From the NCBI GenBank assembly GCA_024704765.1, contig JAKMXF010000326.1:124001-188000 (forward strand): 64,000 bases of DNA, given 5' to 3'. The notes under the pieces were generated by a model. That model saw only the letters and a program-made list of their open reading frames with translations. It searched no databases and was not told the origin of the DNA. A program made the position numbers and the translations under genes. Below are positions 50,262 to 63,316 of this stretch, in pieces. The stretch is from Oopsacas minuta (Eukaryota > Animalia > Porifera). Every line of letters begins with the position of its first letter. Positions within the stretch are counted from its first letter, which is position 1.

Positions 50262-51825
50262 GACCTGTTGCATAAGATATTGACCCCTCTATTAAAGCAA
50301 CCATAGATGCTCAAAGGGGTCATTATTCTACCCTAATCTCGGTGAGACATTGATCCCCTTATCAGATTAAGTTATTGTCATCAATGGATGACATCATCTT
50401 ATGACATCTACAAAATATATTGCTCATTAAAGCACAACAAGTACCGAATGTTCAGTGTATGTTTCTGAACACTTGGGAAGTTGCAAGAATATGAAATGGA
50501 ATTTAGACGGAAGGCATTGAAATTTCGTGTAGATAAAAAGAACATTATCAAGTAAATTACATCAGGGCTACAAAATAATAATTAGTCTGCCGACTAATGC
50601 TATTACATAGTGGCTCAGTTCTAAAATGGGTAGACTTAGTTTATATTACGCATCTATCTCTCTATGTATGTTGTTGCTCTACTGTTCACACCTTTAAAGA
50701 TTGATGCACCAAATTTGGCATGATATTCGTAGTAACATCTAGTTGTGCACCTGACATTTGAAAAATTTCTAATGTGTATATTTTCGCTCATTTTCAACCT
50801 GTATTTTATCCCAATCAGATTGTAGGGTTTTACAATTATGCATAAATGCATAAAATTTGTTCTGGTGGAGTGTTTGTAATATAATTAGCACTGTCATGTA
50901 TTTGTATTGATTATAGACTGCAATTCTACTGGTCAATACATTCTATTGAATATATATTCACTGATTTATCATAGGATTAATCATATTTTCACCCCTTTTG
51001 GTGAACATTTTAAAATATCCTAGAGATTAGCTTCCACGTGTTAAATAGGGGTAAACAGGGATGTAGAACTCGATTTTAGACATTTTTCAATGTCTTACAA
51101 GATTATTAAATTAACTCTTCTCTTTTTTTGTTAAAATGGATATTTAGTAGAATATTTAATATAATTCAATAATCCACTAAAATTCATTTGGTAAAATTTT
51201 AGTCGGCACAGACGATGTTTTAAGATTTTTGTTGTTGTTTTTATCTACAATTAGTTTGCTTTCAGACATGTTGTTTCCGAATTTGAAGCCTATTTTCAGC
51301 TACCTCACAACCATAGATAAGAGCAAACTATCCTTTGCTATAAATTAGCAGGCTTTACATTGTCGATGGAAAATTATTTCTACTTAATGATATGTGGTAT
51401 AAATTTTATGACATGCTAATACCTAAGATCACAGACTGGCAAAAGATACTTTAATGGGTAACTGTGAATTCATTTAGTATACAGGGAAACTGTGTATTCA
51501 TTTAGTTATGCAGTGTATACGTAGTATTATTTTGTTGTGATAATTGTCTTCGATATTTCTCAAGGTACGTAGTCATAAATTTGTTACATTAAATAACTGT
51601 AGAGTTTTCGTCCAAACACTATATTCATTATCTATTTACTGCAATGATATTGACACTGGTAATAGAATCCAATCAAATACTCGTCCGTCATCAAATTAAC
51701 ATCGAATTATACACTTAGCATTCTGTGCTTGTTGTGGTTTATGAACGATTTAATTTGTTGATGTCATCCAAATTGATGACAAAAACTTAATGTGATAAGG
51801 GGGTCAATATCTCATGCAACAGACC
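50262..51825. mobile_element. Possible TIR element with nested MITE fragments
   Basis: GACCTGTTGCATAAGATATTGACCCC (50262) inverted to GGGGTCAATATCTCATGCAACAGACC (51800-51825); 50340-50400 also inverted to 51760-51815. No TSD. Confidence 0.4.
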
Positions 51826-52959
51826 AAACTCTGGTTGTGCACCATCAATGTTCAGGTGTATCATCACAATAAATTTATATATTCAATAAGGTGTTCGGAT
51901 GAAATGGGTGTACACATTAAGTGTTCGGACAAAATTCCGCAATAATATTCCTTCATTGGATAAAAGTATGAGTCATGATGACCATATGGTCAACTATCTG
52001 TGTATTTGAAACTTGTATCCACGAAACAGATACAACAGATCCATTAATGTACCAGATTTCAAATGTATGTTTCAACTCTTTCATTGTTTTGGTCCATCAC
52101 CATTAGAGCCATATTAGACTTTATACGCTATTCTCTAAGATAATGTATGTGAATTTAATAAATTCGGACCATGATAATGCCGAAAATATAAACCTGTTAC
52201 CACCGGGTTATAATAGCCTACTATTCATAAAGCTAATCAGTAACTTGTGGATTTTGGACTAGAGATGCGTTAGCAGATAAAGCAATGGTAAGTAATTTCT
52301 ATTTTGTAGAAACGGTGCATTTTTTCCAGAATATATGTATTGCATGTTTATAGAGCAATAAGTTATCAACCCTTTTCTGCCAAAATATTTTGGGATGTTT
52401 CAAATATGTGTCAGGAAGCATATTTGGGAAATACACAATTCTTTGATCCCTTGTGCCGCGTAAAAGATTGCGTCTTTCATTTCACAGGTAATATATGAAA
52501 TGATCCATAGATTTTATACAAAATCTCAAAAATGTATAATACAAAGGTGACACGTTCTAGGTAGAGCCCAGGTATCAAATATATCTCTATTATCGTTAAA
52601 ATTATCATCAACGATAGCCAATTGTAGTATATACCCTACTTTCCATACCATAATAATACAGATTGACATGATAATTCTGAAGTTAATTGCTTAAAGTTAT
52701 ACATCATCATATATTGGCATATTCACTATTATGCCACATTTTCATGATATCATATCAATATGCATTATTTTGGTATGAGAAGTTGGGTATTTCATACCAT
52801 AGAGTTTCCTTAGTGATAATATTTTTATCGATGATAGAGCAGCAACTGGATATTTATTATATATGAGTCATCATGGACTCTACTGTAACTCAAGAATGAC
52901 TCAACTTTTGTATTACAAATTTTTACATTTTACATGAAATTTATTGTGTATTTCATGTG

Positions 52960-53570
52960 TAACGAGCCTTTGGCTCGTCGCTTCGCGATGAACTAGGAGC
53001 ATTGCGCCTCGACTTATTCAATGGACAAGCAAACAGACAAACTAAAATTGTGATTTAATAATCTTCATCTTGTTTACAATTTTCAGACTTAGCATACTCG
53101 ATTATACCAGTATTGTTGTTGAAAGTATGATTCTACCTCAATTTTGAAATTTGTTTATTTTATGTACTTAAAAGTAAACAAATATTCACAATATGTTGTT
53201 TACAATATCATATTTGGACTCAGCATTGCTGTTGAATGTATGAATCTACCTCAATTTTGAAATTTGTTTACTTTATATTCATAATAACAGCAATAAATTT
53301 ACATATTAACAACTTGAAAATGCGAAAATCTAGTTCAGCGTACTGTGTTACCCCTGTGTCCGTTTAGAGCAAGCATATGATTAATCCAAAGTGTGGAAAT
53401 CGCATTCAGCATATTCGATATTTTAGTGAATTCTATTCACTTCCTTGATAAAACACGATAAATACATAATTATGCGATAATTTCAAATTTGCATACCGTG
53501 AATCCTTTCCTTGACAACGGACAAACAAACAGACAAACAGACAATAATTGAGATTAAATAATATAGATTT
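52960..53570 (+). mobile_element. Non-autonomous Helitron/Helentron-like element, uninterrupted copy of the family at 13020-19525
   Basis: GC hairpin GGCTCGTCGCTTCGCG at the start, shared internal blocks, GACAAACAAACAGACAAACAGAC tail. Confidence 0.55.
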
Positions 53571-53790
53571 TTAACATGTCGAATAATTTTTGCTTAATAG
53601 GGTTGATAATTAGTTGCTGTACAACTATTCATTAAATTTATTCTAGCAAAATGTGCCGTTTTACAATATAGAGATCTCTTGTCAAATCCACAAGTTATTA
53701 TTTAACTTTAAATATAGTATGTTATGGTACAACCTAGTATTAACGGGCTTGTATTTTTTGCCTTGACCCGGTTCGAATTTATTATACCTA

Positions 53791-54639
53791 CAGTCAGGGG
53801 ACAAAAGTATTCGAACACACAATTATACTGTCATAAATTGTATAGAATAACATATGTTTTTCAAGAATTTCAAAAAAATATTTTCGATTTACACTTTTTG
53901 AAGGTGTTAATTATTAATATTTATTAGATAATTATTGATAATCAAAATATGTGGTAATTCAAAGCTATTAAGAATCTATAATTTCTGACTTGATATTTGA
54001 ATTCTACGTAGGCGAGTTACCCCAGATTGAAATTTCCAATCGGATTGAACAATTTTTACCAAAGTTATAGAAGAATTTCAATTTGTGCCATTTGTGCCAC
54101 CTTTTGCTCAAGGTGGCACAAGTGGCCGCTACCAAGAGGTTATTTAGGAATTCAAGGGTTAGCATAGTCATATCATTCGAAAATATTACTTCGACTTATT
54201 CCTCCTAACCCTAGTTGATTTCCTTGTCGTGGCGTTTTTCCTGCTACCTGTGCCACTTTTTGAAAAAAGTGGCACAAGTGGGACAAATTGAAATTCTTCT
54301 ATAACTCTGGTAAAAATTGTTCAATCCGATTGGGAATTTGAATCTGGGGCAACTCACCTATGTAGAATTCAAATATCAAGTCAGAAATTATAGATTCTTA
54401 ATAGGCTTTAAATTACCACATATTTTGATTATCAATAATTATCTAATAATTATTAATAACTAACACCTTCAAAAAGTGTAAATCGAAAAAATTTTTTGAA
54501 ATTCTTGAAAAACATGTTATTCTATGCAAATTACTAGATAGCAGCTACGAATATAGACTACACAATATATAGGAGCGGGAAAGAGTATACAATTTATGAC
54601 AAGATAATTGTGTGTTCGAATACTTTTGTCCCCTGACTG
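53791..54639. mobile_element. Foldback/long-TIR MITE, copy 2
   Basis: Same CAGTCAGGGGACAAAAGTATTCGA ends and TA flanks as 13261-14177; spacer in opposite orientation; 68 bp shorter, mainly from a deletion in the left arm. Confidence 0.95.
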
Positions 54640-55398
54640 TACATATATTATCGCAGGCAATAATGTATGCAAGTCTATAATGGCTCAAAATGGTGATGGA
54701 CAAACACAATTACGGGGTTGAGAGACAAATTTGAAATTTGGTACATTTCAAAATCTCTTATATACGTTTTGTGGCTTACAAGTTTCAAATACACAGATAC
54801 TTGCCCACATGGTCATCCTGACACATAAGGTCATCAAATTTGTAAACCAATTTTATCTGGACTCGTTACTGAATATTTTATATAATTGTGATGATATTCT
54901 TGAACATAGATACTACCCAACCATAGTTTATGTCTATCTAAATCAATAATCTTGACTCCAGACATTGAAGCATCTAAGAATGTTACTGGTTTTGACGAGA
55001 TATTCGAAAGCTAGGTTTTCAAATGCCCAGTATGCTGATTTTTAGCTTCCCATTACGCCGGAATACAAAAATATGAACCCCACAAACTGTTGAAGATGAA
55101 AGATCTTGAATATATAATATATAGATTTTACGACCCTGCTACCCATTTCTCCTGGGAAAAGTTTTCCTATTACTGATAGCCCAGGCGCCAGAGGGCAAAA
55201 ATCGAGTTGTTTTGGAAGGAAGTTTTTATGATTGTTTCTTGATTTCTAGCACGTTCTGAGTCAGAATCCACGGGGTACTATACTGGCAAACTTGAGCAAT
55301 TGTAATTTACATAAGCCCAAGGCTTTTCGACTTTTGTTAACGGGCTTTTGCTTGTAATCTTCGTTTAAGTCTATATCAAAATTAGTGCGATATCGCTA

Positions 55399-55795
55399 GG
55401 GTCTGACAAGTTTTATTCAATCGACTGAGAATCTCCGTAATGTACCCCTGAGTCTGACAGGTGACAGTATTCATTCGGTGTATTCCGACTGAGACTCTCC
55501 ATATTACAATTCCTGCATTATGACCGGTGGTAAGTTAATTTAATCCGACAGACAATCCCCATACAAAAATCCCTGGTTTATGTGTGTGACATGTTTTTAT
55601 TCGACTAACAATCAACATAATATATCCCTAAGTACTGACGGGTGGCGAGTTTTATCCAATAGATCGAGCATCTCCTTATATCTTCTTGAGTACTGAAGGT
55701 TGACAAGTAGTTTCCATCCAACTGACAATCTCCTTGCTAAAAAAGATGGTTTATGGAGGGTGACATGTTCTACTGGCAATCTCCATAGTATACTC
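55399..55795. repeat. Degenerate tandem array, about 7 units of 56-66 bp
   Basis: GTGAC(A)-like unit starts at ~55404, 55461, 55527, 55586, 55642, 55700, 55760, each followed by (C)GACTGA(C/G)AATCTCC-like and often CCCTGAGT(A/C)CTGA-like segments. Confidence 0.65.
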
Positions 55796-56219
55796 ACTGG
55801 CGCGTGCGGGTGGAAAATCGTTGTTTCATAATAATGCATGAGGTGTGATGGTTACTTTACATTTCAACACGTTTTTTCATCATAAATCATATATTTTTTT
55901 GGTCTTATTTTGTCCTCATTCCGAATCTAGTCTCCTTTTTTGCCATATATTTCCAGATTTCCTAGGTTATAAGTACATATTATCTACAATTTTCAATAAT
56001 TCTCAATATAAATAATTAGCTTGACAAATCTAAGTATAATGGTTTACAAATATTTGTGGATTTCTTAAATAAATACAATCAATTCCTTATTTATAGCTTT
56101 TCTTTATTTGAATTTCACTAATTCTCAAAGTGCATCGTAGATTAAAAAAACTCGCCAGACAGCTTTTTATATTTTTGGCTCCTATTTATTAATACCACAA
56201 CGACCAACTATCACTAATG

Positions 56220-57130
56220 AACTCGAGATCAGGATTAATAGTGGACACCTCATATGATTTATTCTGCTTGTTTGAATGGCTTACATGATTGGGTGAACCA
56301 AAGAAAAATTTCTATCACTATTGAAATACCAATGATTTGGAGGGAACCAAAGAATCACCACGTACCAAGATTATTATTATTTTGCCTTGTTAATACTAAA
56401 GGATTTTCGATGAAATATATACATTGAATTTTTATCCAGATTTAGGTTAATACGAAACATAATTCATTTCTTGAAATTCGATAATATAGGCATTTATTAG
56501 TAAAATTATTCCTAGAATTGAAGGCGAATTGGCGTCACTTGGTAAATAACCTGAAGCATGTTGAAGAGTATTATTCTAGATGTTTTCACAATATATGGAA
56601 ACCTATTCACAGTTGAATTTGTAATGATAACTGCAATTCTTCATGATAATACAGAATATAATCAGTGGCTTAGATTTGATTTAGGTAATTAGTAGTTAGC
56701 AAGAAGTGATTATTGAAAGCCTTGATGTGCGTATATCAACTATACTATAGTAGAGTCGGTCAAGTAAAAGTATTTATAATTACGTTGCTCGAGATTATCC
56801 AAAATTTTTTCTGAAATTGAGATGAGAGATCTCTTCCCTATTGTAGAAAAATTTAGAGTCGTGATTCACTTATAATCTACACGCAGACAATTTCTCACGA
56901 TATCCCCTTACCTGTCCCTACTCCCAAGTCATATGCATTTGATTTCCTTTCTGATGGCTTGGGAATGTGGCATACTCAACGGACGAAAGTTACTGAAGAT
57001 ATTACTTTGGACCTCAAATTTTCATACAGGGAGAATAGAATGACCTGGTCATGGATCTTGATCTGTCAAACGAATAAGCTGAACTTCTTGCATCAAGGCT
57101 TCTACAAAGAATTTACTTGGCAATATTGTT
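56220..57130 (+). mobile_element. Chapaev3 transposase remnant (old, distinct family)
   Basis: SACLNGLHDW..IPMIWREPKNH..DYYFCLVN.KGF (~56260-56410) and DLV.DLDLS....ELLASRL..KNLL (~57040-57120). Confidence 0.7.
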
Positions 57131-59464
57131 ATAGTATCCCACTACTGCAAGAGAAATCTTGATTTGGCCCAATATTTTACAGTATGTGGTCTTCTACGTT
57201 ATTGTAATGATATTGACAGGCAATTTCTGGTTTAGTAGTGGAATAGTCATCTATTGATTGTTGCCTCTATATTGATTACTCGATACTTAGCTTGAAACCA
57301 GTTTAATTGCATAACATAGATATCAATCCTGCCATCCAATCGCTCTCTCTGTACATCTTAAAGAATCTTATATAAATTTGGATGAGTTTTGGCTGCAATT
57401 AAATTACTGAAAAACACATGTGGAATATGTGTAGGTATCTTAAATCCATTGGTCTATTAATTAGTTTACAACAAAGTTTTATTATATTGTTGTTTTCTTT
57501 GTATATGGGACAGTCGTGCCACTATAGATCATTACACAAGACGTGAGTTCCCCTCTAGAACTAATTATAAAGTAAGCAAATTCAATAATGAATTTACACC
57601 ATTCGTAAATCCACAAGTTATCTTTTTGCCTCCACTTCATATAATCCGAAATATGTTGGATTATAATGTGTTGGTTTATCTAGGTTCCACTAGATACACA
57701 ATATGAGAATGGTCTCGAGACCAAGAATAAATATTCCTATATAATATATATTCATACTGTGTTTCCTATACCATGCACGTATATACTCAAACATAATATT
57801 TCAGGACCAGAAGATATAAGAAATATATTCTAATATGGTCTATATATTCCTTTAATAGTTATGCATATTCTTATATAGTGTAGCCACTGTAACATTTTTG
57901 CACGAAAAACTATCCCATTCCGATTGTTCGGATCTAAGGATCGGTTTTCTCGCTCTAGGTTTTCTCGTGTATTATATAATGCCATAAATTACTTCGTATC
58001 CTACACTTCAACTTACTTCGACCTTTTTCAAACCTATTCACCCTTATTTTTAACAATACTTCAACTTCTCCAACCTCTTCAATCACTTCATTCTCTTCAA
58101 CCTTCATCACTTTATTTTACTATCTCAGGAAATTACGGACATTATTGAATTTCATTTCCTTAATAAATCTTTCTCGTCCTTCAAGATATCTCTCACCAAC
58201 ACTTGCCCGTTTGCCAGTCCAATATCTGGCTGTAGAAAGCGTAGTCGCACTATCAAGCTCGAGCTAATTGATGATGATGAAGTGCGAGTGGACTTTGATG
58301 ATCTTTATTAAGATTATCGGATACAGATTCAATATTTAGTTGTGTATTATTTTAATTGTATATTTTGTATTTTGTAAGAAAATCAGACAATCCCTCATTT
58401 GATTCTTAGGGATTGGGAGGGGAGGGATGGAGAAGCAAATTAAATACATCTAGCAATGCTGGCCTATTATATCAGACGGTGCAAAGTGATATGCTACCTG
58501 CCTTTTGGTTAATCATTTGAGCACTTCTTCCCTGGAATATGGTGAAATTCTCAAAATATCGAAATTCAGGACCTTTGTTTTTCATACTGTCATGATGACT
58601 TAATACTCCCCTAATGAGTTTGTATTGTGCCACGTGATTATATCAGGACATTTGGCATATGGTAGGGCACCTCTGCTTCAAATTTCAACCATCTATCATA
58701 TATATATGTATATATTGGCTGAGCCCGTTGGGCTCTTGTCTTGTAAGATAATGCTGGAATATGGCTATGTAATTCTGTTTGGTTATTGGTGTCCTGTCTT
58801 GTGTATTAATTACTGAATATGACTATGTCATTCGATTTGTTTATTAGGGTCATGTCATCTATACTATTAAAACGCAATTAATCAATGTATGTATGTATAC
58901 ATATGTTTGTAAATCCAGAATTGATTGAAGAACCTGGAAGCCCACCAGGGCTAATTTTTGGCATACAGGGCTATTTTAGGCCTGGCTCGGACAAATTCGA
59001 GACTTGGACAATCCAAAAAGGTGACTATGATGTGATAATTTCGACATCTATCACGTCATTGTCACATTTATGGGTAAACGAAAATCACGCTATTTGCCAC
59101 TGCTCTGCAAATACACATGATAGAAATTTGAAATTTGAATTACAGGTACCCTCAATGTGACAAATATCCTGACGTCATAACTCTGACCAAAAACTAACCT
59201 ATCATGGGATTATTACGTCATCATGACTGTAAAAACTATAAATTTTCCAATTTCTTAAGACCCAAGGCACGAAGTGCCGAGGTTACTAACTAAAAGCGAC
59301 ATGGCATCTCTAGTGTCACCACCCAAGGTCATAAATGTAATTTGGATGGACCATGTATACATATAATCAACTGCATTATGTTCAAATTAGTAATATTCAA
59401 ATATTACAAATCGCTCTGGCTCTTATTTGCATGAAGAAGATTATATAATGATTAGTTTAATGAA

Positions 59465-59555
59465 TCAAAGAGTCTTCAGAGATAGGTGGAACCCACTGGA
59501 TTCATACAATGATAAAGAGTTTATCAGACGTTAAAGGATAGCTCGAGTATTTTTT
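59465..59555 (+). mobile_element. PIF/Harbinger (HARBI1-like) transposase N-terminal fragment
   Basis: RVFRDRWNPLDSYNDKEFIRR*RIAR matches the R.FRDR.NPL..Y.D.E...RFR start of Harbinger transposases; very short. Confidence 0.45.
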
Positions 59556-60299
59556 TACAGTTACACGGTAAAATTGTCGTTTCCACTGTAATTATAGCAA
59601 TACATTTGTATTCAATATACGTTTCTTATTCCATATTGAATTATCTCCCAATTAGACAATCACAATTCAATTTCTATTGGGCAAATTCTAACGAATTGCG
59701 AAATAATTGCGGAAGGACAATGATCTTCGGCAGCAAGATAAGTTGGTAAGAAACCATTATTCTGAACATACATATCTATCAATTCTGATTTTAATAAGTT
59801 AAGTCACCTCCGGACTAGACTTTAAAATATTTAGTTTCGAAAGGAAAACTATAAATTATGTATATACTTAATATTTACTTAGTTTTAAGAGTAAATTAAG
59901 ATTTTACCTAGTTTTCCTTTGTGAATACCACCTTACTTTTCGCTGTGTATTGTTTCCAAAAATAAGTAAATGCTTAGTTTTTACATAGTTTTAGAAATAC
60001 TTAAGTTTAAGTAGTTTAGTGAATGAGGCCCAAGGAAATTAGCGATAATCTCATATATATGGTATATAGCTATGTATTACGATTGGTGGATATTTCGTCG
60101 ATTTAAACTTTGAGACGAATGGTATAGATTTGATTCATTGATGTGATATTGATATTAATAGTAGAAATAATTATGGATGTTTAAAATGTGAAGTGATGGC
60201 CGATTCCTTTCAAATAAACGGTGGTTTCGCGAATAACGTGATCCAAGACTAGATGTAATTGTCTCTCATTCCTTGCCTTCGTAGACTAGATTGGAGATG

Positions 60300-61553
60300 A
60301 ATAATTCCACTCTCCCATGTAAGCATCATATAAATCTTGTATAATTTGAACTTTCACAAAACTTTCATTAATTTACAAAACAAGGTGTGGAGAAGATAGG
60401 CCAGATTGAAACGCGTTATGCCAAACCTCTATGAAATATCATATCCGAGCAGTTTGATATAATACCCTGGTATACATACTCCAAAATGAGGTATCCTGGG
60501 TTTTAGATCTGGTAATCTTCTTCCAATGTATGTCTCTTCAAAATATCCAACCAAATCAATCGCAGATTATGGAAAAATTGAACATAAGTATAATGAAAGA
60601 ATCGATGAGATAATGTTCCACCACAAATGCTAGCTTGGAAGAATTCTAATCCTAAGAGCGAAATCTTGATCTTCCATATAGCTCCCAAAAAAGCAATTGA
60701 TTGAATTTTACTGGATATATTTTGAGAAAAATGGAAAACACCCAGTTAGGAACCCTAGAAAGTGATCTTTGAATGATTGATGGCTGCTTTTCGAAACAAT
60801 CATTAGATAGGAAGCATAGATTGAGGTTAGGTTCAGTGTCATAAAATTAGACTATAGTTTGTTTGATGAGCTTTACTGTTAGGTCATCAAATTTGATAAT
60901 AATTCTTTATACCCAAAATGTCGGTAGAGAAATGGATATCCTTTGTATCTGTTGATCTTTATAAATAACGAATCTTCCCTTTTTCTTAAATAATTTTCCT
61001 ATTTAATAAATTTAATACTTAGTATTTATCAGTTTGCCAAAGCAGTGCAGATATCTTCGGTGTCTATAGATTATATATTTTTGTACATTGTTATTATTCA
61101 TAGTAAGTAGAAGGAGGCGGATTGTATGTACAAATTTAGATGAATAATTTAAATGAATATATTATGACCTCATCTTCTGATGTATCAAAATTGGTGAACT
61201 CCCTGTAAGCCATCAACTATGAAAGGAAGGATCTAATTCAGGTTCTACCCTTACTACATAGTTTCCTCATTATTTTACTGTACCATCCTTCTCTGGTACC
61301 AGTGAGTATACGCAAAGAAACACATCCATCTTCTCTGCATGTATACTATAGTGTGGAGTTGATAAAATAGCTGAGGTGCAACTTTGAAAGTTCTATGTCC
61401 AAGCCAACTATTTGAATCTTTCAGATAGGAAAGCATCTTAGAAGTAGCAAATAGAATTATTCTATTAACATCTCCAAAACACAGATCGTAAAGGGTTTGC
61501 CTTTTGAAGTAGGGTGGCCAGGAAATCTTAACCAAATTCGAGGACATTTTCAA
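60300..61553 (-). mobile_element. Mutator (MULE) transposase remnant
   Basis: RIILFAT..LSYLKDSNSW..TFKVAPQLFYQLHTI (61275-61553), TGCF (~60735), DQDFALRIRILP, YFEETYIGRR..PRIP, EVWHNAFQS, in MULE order, with many lesions. Confidence 0.8.
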
Positions 61554-61570
61554 ATGTTTGGGAAATCCTG

Positions 61571-62168
61571 GGGCCTTATTAACTAAAATTCTAAGAATTA
61601 TTCTTAACTTAATTCTAAGTGTATTTCTAAGAATAATTCTAAGAATTCATGAAATATTCTTAGTTTTCGTTAAGAATTCTCAACTTGGCTATACTTAACG
61701 GATTCTAAGAATAATTCTTAGAATAATTCTTAGAATTAAGCAATTCTAAGAAAAATTCTTAGAATTGGGTAATTCTACTTGATTGATTCCTGCTATTGAT
61801 TAATAAAATTTATGCCAATTCATTCGACTTCAATCGCTTTTTGAGAAGATATGCGCATAGTAGAAAATAATATCCTTCTACTTGTATACTTCATTTATCA
61901 TTAATGAGATAAATTGCCTCACCCAATAGCGGGTATTACAACATGTAGATATGATAATCAAACATATTGTCTTAAGCGATAAACAATCTTCTTTATTATT
62001 AAATGCGTATTGATTATCATTTCATAGAAAAGTAGAATAAATTATAAGTTAAGTGTCCTCTCTACCTCACTAAATATTTTTCTTAGAATTGTTCGAATTC
62101 TTAGAATTATTCTAAGAATTGAGTCATATTCTAAGAATTTGACTTAAGAATTTTAGTTAATAAGGCCC
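61571..62168. mobile_element. PIF/Harbinger-type MITE with internal TTCTAAGAAT repeats
   Basis: TIR GGGCCTTATTAACTAAAATTCT, 3-bp CTG on both flanks, many TTCTAAGAAT/ATTCTTAGAA copies in both orientations. Confidence 0.8.
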
Positions 62169-63316
62169 CTGGACTATAATGATTAAAGAACTGGGCAACA
62201 AACTGAACGTATAATTGAAAAATGTGGTGGAATATTTACATACAGTAAACTCCCGAAATAACCAATTCGGATATAGCGAAACTCCCATTAAATTGATTGT
62301 CTCATTAACCACTATATTATGAGATTTGGCTAATTTTTAGCCGTGCGAACTCACGCTGCGCTACTTCGTGTTTTGTTGAGGCCGGCACTTCGTGCCTCGA
62401 ATTAATTTAAATAGGAACAACAGTAATTTACATATGATTAAGATGAAAGTGCGAAATTCAGATCAGCATTATCGATTACCCCAGCATAACCTTTGAAACC
62501 AAGTTTCTAAGAATATATAGAAATTAGTTTACTTTACCACCTAAACAACAAAAATATTCATAATATGTTGCTGATAGTATTATATTTGGAATCAGTATGC
62601 TAGATTACACCATATTAGCCATTGAAAGCTCGTTTCAAGGACTAATTAGAAAGTTGTTTACTATATAGAAAAGAACAACAACAAATGTTCACGATAGGTT
62701 ATTGCACCAGTTGCAAGATTTAGAATTATCGTACTCATTACCCCATAAAGCCATAATATTCGTTGAAACGAATTCTCTAGCCCTATTTTGAAACATCTTC
62801 GAAAGGTATGAAAATATGATTAATGTTATGGCCACGAATATTCATCACATCTTGTTCATAATATCATATCCGGAATCAGCATAACCGATTATCCCAATGT
62901 AATTCTTTTCAAAAACAATCGGCAAAAAAGAGAATGGTCACTATATCTATAGGTTCAAAAGTGGGTTCAACCAACAGCCCAGATAGTTTTATATTACTTT
63001 GAATCACAAAATACCTTTAAAAATATTAAAAACATAAGTGGCACAGATTAACGATGTTGGTATTTTTTAACATCCTGAATTTAAATGAACCAAAGTGGCA
63101 ATCACAGTGATTAAAGCATTTAGTTTTCGTAGCATTCCGAAAACCTAACTCAATTTCAAGAATCTAATAATTCAATTCTAACTAGTACTTAAGGTGAAGC
63201 CCGCGAAATGTAGACCGAATAGCGATAGTCTAGTCTAATATATAATGATATCCGAATATTAATTTTCCATCAAAAATTAAAAAAATAACAGTTAACTTCA
63301 TATAAATTCAAACTTA

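Noticed and set aside
50200-50400. DKG-N peptide suggesting a Harbinger/ISL2EU transposase
   Set aside because: The same nucleotides recur inverted at 51760-51825, so they are better explained as non-coding terminal repeats.
55399-55795. CRISPR-like array interpretation
   Set aside because: Repeats are highly degenerate, linkers share similarity with each other, there are no cas genes, and the context is eukaryotic.
58050-58310. ATG-less open frame ending ...CRKRSRTIKLELIDDDEVRVDFDDLY
   Set aside because: Short, pyrimidine-skewed low-complexity sequence with no clear splice acceptor or known motif.
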